Source: Eubacteriales bacterium
GTDB lineage: Bacteria; Bacillota; Clostridia; Oscillospirales; CAG-272
Length of the DNA stretch: 64,000 nt
Direction: 5' to 3'
NCBI GenBank assembly: GCA_045605265.1
Contig: JAZUPQ010000053.1
Location: 7,716-71,715, forward strand
A model generated the notes under the pieces. The model made no database searches. It was given only the letters and a program-made list of their open reading frames with translations, and was not told the DNA's origin. Positions 38,522 to 47,660 of the stretch are shown here, piece by piece. How positions within the stretch are numbered: the first letter of the stretch is position 1; every line of letters starts with the position of its first letter. Position numbers and translations under genes: made by a program.

Positions 38522-41390
38522 ATTACACGGATTTGTAGTTTCTAAAATATATAAAGTTCCGGAAATAGATGCAAATCTTTATGAGATGGTTTATGAAAAG
38601 AACGGAGCGGTTCTTTATTTTCTTGACCGTGAGGACGAGAATAAGACCTTTGCCATTTCGTTTAAAACCATTCCCGAAGATAATACGGGCGTCTTTCATA
38701 TAATCGAACACTCGGTTCTCTGCGGTTCGCAAAAATATCCGCTAAAAGAACCTTTTGTCGAGCTTTTAAAGGGCTCGCTTCAAACCTTTCTTAACGCGCT
38801 GACCTTTCCCGACAAAACGATGTACCCCGTCGCCACGAGAAACGACAAGGACTTTCTTAACCTGATAAGCGTTTATATGGACGCCGTGCTTCATCCCGCA
38901 ATTCTTAAAAATCCAAACATTTTCGGGCAGGAAGGCTGGCACTACGAGCTGGACGGGCAGGAAAATCTCTGTCGAAAGGGCGTAGTCTATAACGAGATGA
39001 AGGGGGCGTATTCCTCCCCCGATACCGTTGCTTCCTTTGAACTTATGAATATGCTCTATCCGGGTACCTGCTATTCTTATGAGTCCGGAGGCTCTCCGGA
39101 GGGAATACCGCAGTTGACTTATGAAAAATTTTTATCCGCTCACGCTAAATTTTATCACCCGTCGAACGCTCAAATAGTCCTCGACGGAAGCGTGAATTTG
39201 GACGCCGTTCTTTCGCTTATTGACTCATTTCTATGCGAATATGACAGGCTTGACATTGATTTTGACATAGGCGACATAGGCGATTGCCAGGAAGCGAAGA
39301 GAGAAGTTTTATATGAAATAGCTCCAAGCGAAAGCGAAAAGGATAAAACCAGAATCTCACTCGGCTTTTTAACTACGAGATTCAACGAGCCCGTCGAGAG
39401 CATGGCGCTCGGCGTAATTTTTGATGCAATATGTTCAAGTAACGAGTCGGTTCTCAAAAAAGCCATACTTGACAGCAAACTTTGCGAGGATGTTTACCTG
39501 ACGTCAAACGACGGTATTAAACGCCAATTTTTGCAGGTGAATTTCAGCAACGTAAAGGATGGAAAAAATTCGGAATTAATAGCTCTTTTCAATAAAAAAG
39601 CAGAAGAAATTTGTAAAAAAGGTATAGGCGCAGAGCTTTTGGAGGCCTCTTTGAACAGTATTGAGTTCAAGAGCAGGGAGAGAGATTTTGGAACGCTTCC
39701 AAAGGGTATCGTTTATTCAATTTGCATTACTTCCGCCAGCCTTTACGGCGGAAATCCCACACAGGAATTGAGATTTGAGGAGACGTTCGATTTTTTGCGC
39801 AAGTCGCTTTCAAGTGATTATTACGAAAATGTGTTGAAAAAGTATATTGCGGAAAACACAAGCAGAGCCTGCGTAATACTAACTCCATCAAGAACGCTCG
39901 GAGAGGAAAGAGAGAAAAAAATAAGTCTCGAACTTGAAAAAATAAAGAAAGGAATGAGCCCGGAGGAGCTTGAACAAATAAAGAAAACGGCAAAGGATAT
40001 AGAGCGGTGGCAACAAACCCCCGACAGCGAGGAAGCACTGTCAGCTCTGCCGTATCTGACTCTTGCGGACATTCCGCAGGATATAGAATGTTTGCCGATT
40101 ACCGAAGATAAAATCGGCGAAAACACAGTCCTTTATCACGAAATTAACACAGAGGGTATCGTGTATGCAAGTATGTATTTTGACATAAGCGATATGGAAA
40201 AAGAGGACATACATACTTTAAAATTGTACACCTCTATGACGAAAAAAGTGCCTACGGAAAACTATACGCCTCTGGATTTGCAAAAGGAATTAAAATCAAA
40301 TCTGGGCTCTTTGAACTTTTCATCAAAGAACCTTCTTAGAGACGGAGAAAACAAAATTTACCTTCAAATAAACGCCTCAGCCCTCGAAAGCAAAAAGGAT
40401 AAGCTTGTAGAATTGGTTAAAGAGGTTCTCTTGACTTCGGATTATGACCAAAAGGATACATTGCTTACGGTTTTGCGCCAGAGCAAGCTGTCTTTGGAGG
40501 AATACTTTGTTGAAGAAGGGCACGCAGCCGGAATGACGAGAGCTAAGGCCGGGGTTTCGGTAGACGGAGTTATCGGCGAGTATAGCGAGGGATACGAGGC
40601 GTATAAAATCACAAAGGCCCTCATAGGCAATTTTGATACTCAATCTAAAATTTGTATAGAGAAAATCAAGAGTCTTAAAAAGAAAATTCTGAACAGAGAA
40701 AGACTTATCGTAAGTCTGACGGGAAAGAAGGATGAGAAAATGGCAAAGGCCCTTGTTGATATAGTTCCGAAGGGCGAAAAAATAGTTCCTGTATGCAAAA
40801 TCCGCCCGTTTGGAATAAAAAAAGAGGGCATAGCAATTCCTGCCCAAATAGCCTTTGCAACCCAAGTAAGTAACCTTTTGTTTACAAATAGCGAGGATAA
40901 CGGGGCATATACCGTTGTTAATTCCTTGCTTTCGTACGCATACCTTTGGAACGCTGTTCGCGTTCAGGGCGGGGCTTACGGAGTAGGCTTTTCTTACAAT
41001 CCGTCAAGCTTGAATTTGGGATTTTATTCCTACCGCGACCCCACTCCAAAAAGAACTCTCGACTGTTACGGCGCCTCCTTTGAATTCATCAGAGACTTTG
41101 CAAACAGCGGCGGGGATTTGACCAGATTTATAATAGGCGCGATAGGGGAAACCACACCGCTTCTAACCCCCTCGTTAAAAGGCAGAATTTCCGACACAAG
41201 ATATCTTTCTAATATAAAAGACGAGGAAAGAAGGGCGAGACGCGAGGAGCTTTTATCTACCGACAGACAGAGCCTTTTAAAAATTGCAGACACTCTTGAA
41301 GCCCTCTCGCAAAAGTATTCGGTTTGTATAGTTGCCGGACGAGAAAAGCTCGATAAGTGCGATTTCCTTGATGAAATACTTACCTTGTAA
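38505..41390 (+). CDS. M16 (insulinase/PreP-like) zinc metallopeptidase
   Basis: 961 aa with the inverted zinc motif HxxEH, 'FHIIEHSVLCGS'. The length and two-halves layout match PreP/M16C enzymes. Confidence 0.85.
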   Translation: MKIKDKLHGFVVSKIYKVPEIDANLYEMVYEKNGAVLYFLDREDENKTFAISFKTIPEDNTGVFHIIEHSVLCGSQKYPLKEPFVELLKGSLQTFLNALTFPDKTMYPVATRNDKDFLNLISVYMDAVLHPAILKNPNIFGQEGWHYELDGQENLCRKGVVYNEMKGAYSSPDTVASFELMNMLYPGTCYSYESGGSPEGIPQLTYEKFLSAHAKFYHPSNAQIVLDGSVNLDAVLSLIDSFLCEYDRLDIDFDIGDIGDCQEAKREVLYEIAPSESEKDKTRISLGFLTTRFNEPVESMALGVIFDAICSSNESVLKKAILDSKLCEDVYLTSNDGIKRQFLQVNFSNVKDGKNSELIALFNKKAEEICKKGIGAELLEASLNSIEFKSRERDFGTLPKGIVYSICITSASLYGGNPTQELRFEETFDFLRKSLSSDYYENVLKKYIAENTSRACVILTPSRTLGEEREKKISLELEKIKKGMSPEELEQIKKTAKDIERWQQTPDSEEALSALPYLTLADIPQDIECLPITEDKIGENTVLYHEINTEGIVYASMYFDISDMEKEDIHTLKLYTSMTKKVPTENYTPLDLQKELKSNLGSLNFSSKNLLRDGENKIYLQINASALESKKDKLVELVKEVLLTSDYDQKDTLLTVLRQSKLSLEEYFVEEGHAAGMTRAKAGVSVDGVIGEYSEGYEAYKITKALIGNFDTQSKICIEKIKSLKKKILNRERLIVSLTGKKDEKMAKALVDIVPKGEKIVPVCKIRPFGIKKEGIAIPAQIAFATQVSNLLFTNSEDNGAYTVVNSLLSYAYLWNAVRVQGGAYGVGFSYNPSSLNLGFYSYRDPTPKRTLDCYGASFEFIRDFANSGGDLTRFIIGAIGETTPLLTPSLKGRISDTRYLSNIKDEERRARREELLSTDRQSLLKIADTLEALSQKYSVCIVAGREKLDKCDFLDEILTL

Positions 41391-41394
41391 AAGG

Positions 41395-41426
41395 AAAGGC
41401 GAGAACGCTAAACGTTCTCGCCTTTT
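41395..41426. terminator. bidirectional intrinsic terminator between the M16 peptidase and the P-type ATPase
   Basis: 10-bp stem GGCGAGAACG/CGTTCTCGCC with a 5-nt loop, flanked by AAA and TTTT. Confidence 0.85.
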
Positions 41427-41430
41427 AAAA

Positions 41431-43782
41431 TTATTTTATGATTTTGTTGAATAGCTTTTCTAATGGCTTTGACACAAATTGGCTGATTACCGCGAAAACG
41501 GTAGTCGCTCCCAGCATAATGAAGAACAGGCTTTTCTCTTCAAGCGCCGGAAGAAAGCCGAACATATCGGAAAGAACAAAAACAGAGAAAAGCGTTATCG
41601 CTACCGTGAGAAATCCTACGAGTCCCGCTACCATACCTCTCCATTTATTATACGGATGGCACAGGAACAAAAGGTTGATATATCCCGCCCAAATTACCAA
41701 AATCATAGCAATTGAATTTCTTACCGTAGTATCAATGCTCAAAATATTTGATATAATCAAAAGAGTGATAACGGGAACAAACAGCGGCAGAGATTTTGGT
41801 ATACTCTTTGAAAGAACGGTTTTTATGAACGAGCCCTCTATTCTGTTTCTGTTTGGCTCTACCGCCAAAAGCAAGGAGGCGAGTCCGATGATAAGCAATT
41901 CGAGTATTGTGAATTGCGACGGCTCAAAGGGATATCCCGTGAGAGTGAACATTGCGAAAATCGAAAGAGCGATTGTCAAAAACGTCTTCATCAGGAAAAG
42001 CGTTGAGGAGGCTCTTACGTTGTTTATACATCTTCTTCCCTCGTTCACAACGTCTGGAAGGGAGGTAAAGTCGGAATTAGTGAGAACGATATGCGAAACC
42101 TTGCACGCCATCTCGCTGCCCTCAGCCATAGCGATAGCGCAGTTGCTCTCCTTTAATGCAAGGGTGTCGTTTACTCCGTCTCCCGTCATAGCAACGGTGT
42201 GACCGTTCTTTTTGAGCGTTTTCACGAGAAGAACCTTCTGTTCGGGAGAAACTCTTCCGAATACTGCGTAATCCTCTGCGATAGCGGAAAGCTCCTCGTC
42301 TGAGAGATTTTCGCAGGAGATAAATTTATCTGCGTTTTGAATACCAACCTTGGCAGCTATAGAGGAAACGGTTTTGGCGTGGTCACCTGAAATAACTTTT
42401 AAGGTAACACCTTGTTCTGTGAAGGCTCTGATTGTATCAACAGCGCCAACTCTTATTCTGTCGCTAATTGTAATCATGGCAATTGCCACACCCTCTTTTT
42501 CGAGGCTTTCATGCTTCGCAAGAAGCAAAACTCTCTCTCCCAGGGACGCGTGCTCAAATATCAGATTTTCCGTTTCCTGCGACACAGGGCAGGGGGTGAA
42601 GTGGGGCGCACCTATTGAAAATGCTCCCACTCCGGCGATATTCACCGCGCTGTATTTTCTCTTTGACGAGAATGGAATTTTTTCTAAAATTTCAACGTTT
42701 TCGTTTGTGCCAAAGTATTTAACAAGAGCCTCGGAGGTGTTGTTCGTGCCTTTTGCGTTTCCTTCAACCATAGCCATAATCGACTTGATTTCTTCCTCGC
42801 TTACGTCCGAGAGAGGAATGAGGTTTGTGACCTCCATTGTTCCGTCGGTAATCGTTCCCGTTTTGTCAAGGCAGAGAACGTCCGCGCTTGCCAGCATCTC
42901 GATAGAGTACATATCCTGTACGAGAGTGTTTTTCCGTGAGAGTGTAATTACGCTCAAAGAAAGCGTCAGAGTCACGAGCAAGAACATTCCGGCCGGAACC
43001 ATACCGATGACCGATCCGCACATTTTTATGATAGATTCGCTGATGTTTCCGTTGTATTCGGTAAATGAAAAATAGTTGCAGATAAGCGTCGCAATCGCGA
43101 GAGGAATGAGAGCTATGCCGATAACCTTGATGAGTCTGTTGAGGTCGCGGAAAAGATTTGACGACGGCGCCTTAAAGCTCTTTGCAGCGCTCTCGATTTT
43201 GTGCACGTAATTATCTTTCCCCACGGCAGTTACTCTTGCGTAAACGCTTCCGCTGACCAAAAAGCTTCCCGCTAAAAGTTTGTCGCCCTCTTGCTTCTTT
43301 ATCGCATCGGATTCACCCGTGAGCATAGACTCATTGACTTCTGCAAAGCCCGAAATTACTACTGCATCGGAGAGGATTTGCTTTCCGATTTCAAGATACA
43401 TCACGTCTCCGAGCACAATCTCCTCGGCGTTGACGGAGAGGAGCTCACCGTCTCTCAGTACGATTGCCTTCGGCTCGGTTGTAACCGACAGCTTTTCAAC
43501 GGTTCGTTTAGCCTTAATCTCCAAAATCATAGCAATCAGCGTGTTTGGAATCACCACCGCCAAGAAAGTTAGATTTTTATAACTTTGAAGCGAGATAAGC
43601 AGAATACTCACTATCAAATATATCAGATTGAAGTATGTAAAAAGGTTGTCAAATATAATCCTTCCGTAGCTTTTTCCAACCTTTTCGTTAGATATGTTTG
43701 TCTTCCCTTCCGCTTTCAGCCTTTCAACCTCTTGCGCTGTCAAGCCTTCGGGAAGCAGATTTTGGGTTTCTTGATTATCCAT
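41431..43782 (-). CDS. cation-translocating P-type ATPase
   Basis: The phosphorylation motif 'DKTGTIT', 'TGES' and the hinge 'MTGDGVNDTLAL' are present, with about 8-10 TM helices. The ATG at 43782 has a GGAGG RBS; the track start at 43797 includes that RBS. Confidence 0.9.
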   Translation of the reverse strand: MDNQETQNLLPEGLTAQEVERLKAEGKTNISNEKVGKSYGRIIFDNLFTYFNLIYLIVSILLISLQSYKNLTFLAVVIPNTLIAMILEIKAKRTVEKLSVTTEPKAIVLRDGELLSVNAEEIVLGDVMYLEIGKQILSDAVVISGFAEVNESMLTGESDAIKKQEGDKLLAGSFLVSGSVYARVTAVGKDNYVHKIESAAKSFKAPSSNLFRDLNRLIKVIGIALIPLAIATLICNYFSFTEYNGNISESIIKMCGSVIGMVPAGMFLLVTLTLSLSVITLSRKNTLVQDMYSIEMLASADVLCLDKTGTITDGTMEVTNLIPLSDVSEEEIKSIMAMVEGNAKGTNNTSEALVKYFGTNENVEILEKIPFSSKRKYSAVNIAGVGAFSIGAPHFTPCPVSQETENLIFEHASLGERVLLLAKHESLEKEGVAIAMITISDRIRVGAVDTIRAFTEQGVTLKVISGDHAKTVSSIAAKVGIQNADKFISCENLSDEELSAIAEDYAVFGRVSPEQKVLLVKTLKKNGHTVAMTGDGVNDTLALKESNCAIAMAEGSEMACKVSHIVLTNSDFTSLPDVVNEGRRCINNVRASSTLFLMKTFLTIALSIFAMFTLTGYPFEPSQFTILELLIIGLASLLLAVEPNRNRIEGSFIKTVLSKSIPKSLPLFVPVITLLIISNILSIDTTVRNSIAMILVIWAGYINLLFLCHPYNKWRGMVAGLVGFLTVAITLFSVFVLSDMFGFLPALEEKSLFFIMLGATTVFAVISQFVSKPLEKLFNKIIK

Positions 43783-43859
43783 CGCGCGCCTCCGCATTTA
43801 AGTATCTTCTCCATTTTATCAAACAAATGCCCTAATGTCAATTAATTTTTACAAAACTC

Positions 43860-43888
43860 TTGACAAGATTTTGATTTTATATTATAAT
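43860..43888 (+). promoter_or_regulatory. sigma-A promoter of the ileS leader
   Basis: TTGACA (43860-43865), a 17-bp spacer, then TATAAT (43883-43888). Confidence 0.75.
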
Positions 43889-43894
43889 CTATAA

Positions 43895-44112
43895 AAACGA
43901 TGACGAAGACAGTAACCGTATTTTTAGCCAAAGAGAGTCGGGGACGGTGAGAGCCGATGCGATAGAATACGAGTGAAATCACTTCCGAGTTGCCGATGTG
44001 AAAGAACGAGTAATGTCGGCCGCAGCCCCAAGCGTTACAGAGGGGGCATATTGATAGATATGTGATTCGGTGGTATAATTTTGTCCGTTTCCGTATGGAA
44101 AACGGATTTTTC
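43895..44112 (+). promoter_or_regulatory. T-box riboswitch leader, Ile-specific
   Basis: Stem I elements are present: a GA/K-turn 'GAUGACGAAG', an AG box 'AAAGAGAG' and a distal loop 'GGUGAGAG'. The specifier context 'GUGAAAUCACUUCCGAG' carries an AUC codon at 43978-43980 followed by A. The T-box core is 'AUUCGGUGGUAUA', where UGGU would pair with ACCA. A terminator hairpin at 44084-44106 is followed by a U-run. Confidence 0.85.
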
Positions 44113-44145
44113 TATTTTGTTAACTAATTTTAGGAGAATTGAAAA

Positions 44146-47100
44146 ATGGCAGAACTTTACGGCAAGGTCTCTACAAACTTGAATTTCGTAGAGCGTGAAA
44201 AGGCTACTCGAAAATTTTGGGAAAATAATAAAATTTTCGAAAAGAGCATTGAATTAAGAGAAAAAGGCGAGAATTACACCTTCTACGACGGCCCTCCGAC
44301 AGCCAATGGAAAGCCTCATATCGGCCACGTTTTGACAAGAGTAATCAAGGACATGGTTCCGAGATATCATACAATGAAGGGCAAAAAGGTTCTTCGTAAA
44401 GCGGGTTGGGACACCCATGGACTTCCCGTTGAGCTTGAGGTTGAAAAAAAGCTTGGCATTGACGGCAAGGATCAGATTGAAAGCTACGGTCTTGAACCCT
44501 TTATCGCTCACTGTAAGGAGTCGGTTTGGAATTACAAGGGAATGTGGGAGGACTTTTCGGGCACGGTCGGTTTTTGGGCCGATATGGAAAATCCTTACGT
44601 AACCTATACGAACGACTTTATCGAGTCTGAATGGTGGGCTCTCAAAAAAATATGGGATAAAGGACTTCTTTACAAAGGATTTAAAATCGTTCCTTACTGC
44701 CCTCGCTGCGGCACTCCGCTATCATCTCACGAGGTTGCGCAGGGATATAAAACGGTAAAAGAACGCAGCGCGATAGCAAAATTCAAATGCGTAGACGAGG
44801 ACGCCTATTTCCTCGCTTGGACAACAACGCCCTGGACGCTTCCTTCAAACGTAGCTCTGTGCGTTAACCCCAAGGAATGTTATTGCAAAGTTAAAGCGAT
44901 AGACGGAAATGTCTATTATATGGCGAAGGAGCTTCTTGACGCCGTTCTTTCTCCTCTTGCGGATGAAGGACAAAAGGCTTATGAAATCATTGAAGAAATG
45001 CCCGGCTCCGCTCTTGAATACAGAGAATATGTTCCGCTCTTCGCCTGCGCGGGCGAAAGCGCGAAAAAACAGGGCAAAAAAGCTCATTTCGTAACCTGCG
45101 ACTCCTACGTAACTATGTCCGACGGTACGGGAATAGTTCATATCGCGCCCGCCTTTGGCGAGGACGACTCCAAGGTAGGCAGAAAATATAATCTTCCTTT
45201 CATTCAATTTGTTGATACAAAGGGTGAGATGACAAAAGAAACGAACTATGCGGGCGTGTTTGTTAAAGACGCAGACCCCCTTGTTCTTGCAGACCTTGAT
45301 AAAGAGGGAAAGCTTTTCTCTGCTCCCAAATTCGAGCACGACTACCCTCACTGTTGGAGATGCAACACTCCGCTCATTTACTACGCGCGCGACACCTGGT
45401 TTATAGAAATGACCAAGGTGAGAGAAAACCTTATTCGCAATAACAACACGGTAAATTGGCTTCCCGAAAGCATAGGTAAGGGAAGATTTGGCGATTGGCT
45501 TGAAAATATTCAGGACTGGGGACTTTCAAGAAACAGATATTGGGGAACTCCTTTAAATATTTGGGAATGCTCCTGCGGTCATAAGCACGCAATCGGATCA
45601 ATCGAGGAACTTAAATCTATGTCCTCAAACTGTCCCGAAAACATAGAATTGCACAGACCGTTTATTGATAACGTTACAATCAAATGCGATAAGTGCGGCG
45701 GCGAGATGAAAAGAGCGAGCGAGGTTATCGACTGTTGGTTTGATTCCGGCTCTATGCCCTTTGCGCAATGGCACTATCCCTTTGAAAACAAAGAGATGTT
45801 TGAACAGCAATTTCCCGCCGACTTTATAAGCGAAGGAGTTGACCAAACTCGCGGCTGGTTCTATTCGCTTATGGCAATTTCAACGCTGATTTTCGACTGC
45901 GCTCCGTATAAAAACGTTCTTGTTCTCGGACACGTTCTAGACAAGGACGGACAGAAAATGTCCAAGTCGAAAGGAAACGCGGTAGACCCGTTCAATGCTC
46001 TTGAACAATACGGAGCAGACGCAATCCGCTGGTATTTCTATTCAAATTCTGCTCCTTGGCTTCCTAACCGTTTCTACGGCGAAGCAGTAGTGGAAGGTCA
46101 GAGAAAGTTTATGGGTACTCTTTGGAACACCTATGCCTTTTACGTTCTCTATGCAAATATCGACGGATTTAATCCACAAAATTATAAAATAGATAAATCA
46201 ACGCTTTCGGTTATGGATAAATGGGCGCTCTCAAAGCTTAACTCCACTGTAAAGAAGGTTGATGAATACCTTGAAAACTATAAAATCACCGAGGCAACCC
46301 GCGCGCTCGAAAGCTTCGTAGACGAGCTCTCCAACTGGTATGTTCGCCGCAGCAGAGAGAGATTTTGGGTTAAGCATATGCGCACCGATAAGGTAAACGC
46401 GTATATGACGCTCTATACCTCACTCGTAACTCTTTCCAAGCTTTGCGCTCCACTCATTCCGTTTATGAGCGAGGATATTTACAGAAACCTCGTTTGCTCG
46501 GTTGATAAAGATGCTCCCGAATCGGTACATCTTTGTGATTATCCCGTTTGCGACAGCAGTTTTGTTGACGCAGAACTCGAAGAAAATATGGAAGAGGTCG
46601 TTGACGTTGTCGTACTCGGCAGAGCCTGCCGCAACAGCGCGAACGTTAAAAACCGTCAACCCGTACAAACAATGTACGTAAAGGCGGAGCGTACTCCTCG
46701 CGCGGATTTTATCGAGATTATTGCAGAGGAGCTTAACATCAAAAACGTATTATTTACAAATGACGTCAGCGAATTTACAACCTATTCCTTCAAGCCGCAG
46801 CTTCGCACGGTAGGTCCAAAATACGGTAAGTATCTTGGCGGAATAAAGAATGAGCTCCAAACACTTGACGGCAATTCCGCTATGGCCAGCCTTGAAAGCA
46901 GTGGCGAGCTTCATCTCAGCGTAAACGGCGATGATATACTCCTCACTAAAGAGGATTTGCTTATCGAAATGACCAAGAAAGAGGGCTTCGAGTCTCTTTC
47001 GGATAAGGGTGTGACCGTTGTAATCGATAAGAACCTCACCCCCGAGCTCATAGAAGAGGGTAATGTAAGAGAAATAATTTCCAAAATTCAAACAATGCGT

Positions 47101-47298
47101 AAGGATAGCGGATTTGAGGTTATGGATAAAATCAAGGTTGCCTTCTGCGGTAATGATACGATTATGGCTATCGCAAGCCGCAACGCCGAAGAAATCAAGG
47201 ATGAGACTCTTGCTATAAGCATAGAGGAAGGAACGCTTGAATTTTCAAAGGAATGGAATATTAACGGCGAGAAGGTTACCATTTCCGTTGAAAGATAA
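44146..47298 (+). CDS. ileS: isoleucine--tRNA ligase, type 2 (long, eukaryote-like form)
   Basis: 1050 aa with HIGH 'PPTANGKPHIGHV' and KMSKS 'KMSKSKGN'. The N-terminal region 'RKAGWDTHGLPVELEVEKKLG' and the overall length match IleRS2-type enzymes, not the roughly 920-aa type 1. Confidence 0.95.
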   Translation: MAELYGKVSTNLNFVEREKATRKFWENNKIFEKSIELREKGENYTFYDGPPTANGKPHIGHVLTRVIKDMVPRYHTMKGKKVLRKAGWDTHGLPVELEVEKKLGIDGKDQIESYGLEPFIAHCKESVWNYKGMWEDFSGTVGFWADMENPYVTYTNDFIESEWWALKKIWDKGLLYKGFKIVPYCPRCGTPLSSHEVAQGYKTVKERSAIAKFKCVDEDAYFLAWTTTPWTLPSNVALCVNPKECYCKVKAIDGNVYYMAKELLDAVLSPLADEGQKAYEIIEEMPGSALEYREYVPLFACAGESAKKQGKKAHFVTCDSYVTMSDGTGIVHIAPAFGEDDSKVGRKYNLPFIQFVDTKGEMTKETNYAGVFVKDADPLVLADLDKEGKLFSAPKFEHDYPHCWRCNTPLIYYARDTWFIEMTKVRENLIRNNNTVNWLPESIGKGRFGDWLENIQDWGLSRNRYWGTPLNIWECSCGHKHAIGSIEELKSMSSNCPENIELHRPFIDNVTIKCDKCGGEMKRASEVIDCWFDSGSMPFAQWHYPFENKEMFEQQFPADFISEGVDQTRGWFYSLMAISTLIFDCAPYKNVLVLGHVLDKDGQKMSKSKGNAVDPFNALEQYGADAIRWYFYSNSAPWLPNRFYGEAVVEGQRKFMGTLWNTYAFYVLYANIDGFNPQNYKIDKSTLSVMDKWALSKLNSTVKKVDEYLENYKITEATRALESFVDELSNWYVRRSRERFWVKHMRTDKVNAYMTLYTSLVTLSKLCAPLIPFMSEDIYRNLVCSVDKDAPESVHLCDYPVCDSSFVDAELEENMEEVVDVVVLGRACRNSANVKNRQPVQTMYVKAERTPRADFIEIIAEELNIKNVLFTNDVSEFTTYSFKPQLRTVGPKYGKYLGGIKNELQTLDGNSAMASLESSGELHLSVNGDDILLTKEDLLIEMTKKEGFESLSDKGVTVVIDKNLTPELIEEGNVREIISKIQTMRKDSGFEVMDKIKVAFCGNDTIMAIASRNAEEIKDETLAISIEEGTLEFSKEWNINGEKVTISVER

Positions 47299-47316
47299 CA
47301 AAAAATAAAACAAAAA

Positions 47317-47341
47317 GGGCACGCTTTTTAAAGGCGTGCCC
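47317..47341. terminator. GC-rich hairpin after ileS
   Basis: Stem GGGCACGC(U)/(G)GCGTGCCC. The T-run is on the minus-strand side (TTTTTG TTTTATTTTTT) and not after the plus-strand hairpin. It may therefore also block antisense read-through into ileS. Confidence 0.5.
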
Positions 47342-47384
47342 AACATTATCTTAACGCAAGTTTTGAAATAAATAAAAAAACCTC

Positions 47385-47413
47385 TTGACAAATATCTTTC
47401 TGTTTGTTATAAT
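47385..47413 (+). promoter_or_regulatory. sigma-A promoter of tRNA-Thr
   Basis: A consensus TTGACA (47385-47390), a 17-bp spacer, then TATAAT (47408-47413). It lies about 22 nt upstream of the tRNA 5' end. Confidence 0.8.
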
Positions 47414-47435
47414 ATAGAGCGTCGAAAGACGAAAT

Positions 47436-47511
47436 GCTGCTATGGCTCAGTTGGTAGAGCACATCCTTGGTAAGGATGAGGTCCCCGGTCCGAATCCGGG
47501 TAGCAGCTCCA
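47436..47511 (+). tRNA. tRNA-Thr (anticodon GGU), CCA encoded
   Basis: A hand-folded cloverleaf works. The acceptor stem is GCTGCTA/TAGCAGC and the D-arm is GCTC-AGTTGGTA-GAGC. The anticodon arm is CATCC-TTGGTAA-GGATG with anticodon GGT. The variable loop is AGGTC and the T-arm is CCCGG-TCCGAAT-CCGGG. The discriminator is T, followed by CCA. The T-loop reads UCCGAAU, with C at position 55. Confidence 0.88.
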
Positions 47512-47516
47512 GACAA

Positions 47517-47553
47517 CCCCAGGACACGCAAGTGTCTTGGGGCTTTGGTTTTT
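47517..47553 (+). terminator. intrinsic terminator after tRNA-Thr
   Basis: 11-bp stem CCCCAGGACAC/GTGTCTTGGGG (one G-U pair) with a GCAA tetraloop. It is followed by CTTTGGTTTTT. Confidence 0.8.
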
Positions 47554-47602
47554 CTTGGGGTAAAAATAAACAAAATTGAAAATACACAGCGATTGCACGA
47601 TA

Positions 47603-47645
47603 AAAATAAAATCAGCCTTTGATTTTGCACAAAAGGCTGATTTTA
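47603..47645. terminator. bidirectional terminator after trpS
   Basis: 10-bp stem ATCAGCCTTT/AAAGGCTGAT with T-rich tracts on both sides. Confidence 0.75.
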
Positions 47646-47660
47646 TCAATTTTGAGAAGT

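Noticed and set aside
41438-43075. Two long plus-strand ORFs (254 aa and 241 aa).
   Set aside because: Both are antisense to the P-type ATPase gene, which has clear DKTGT and GDGVND motifs.
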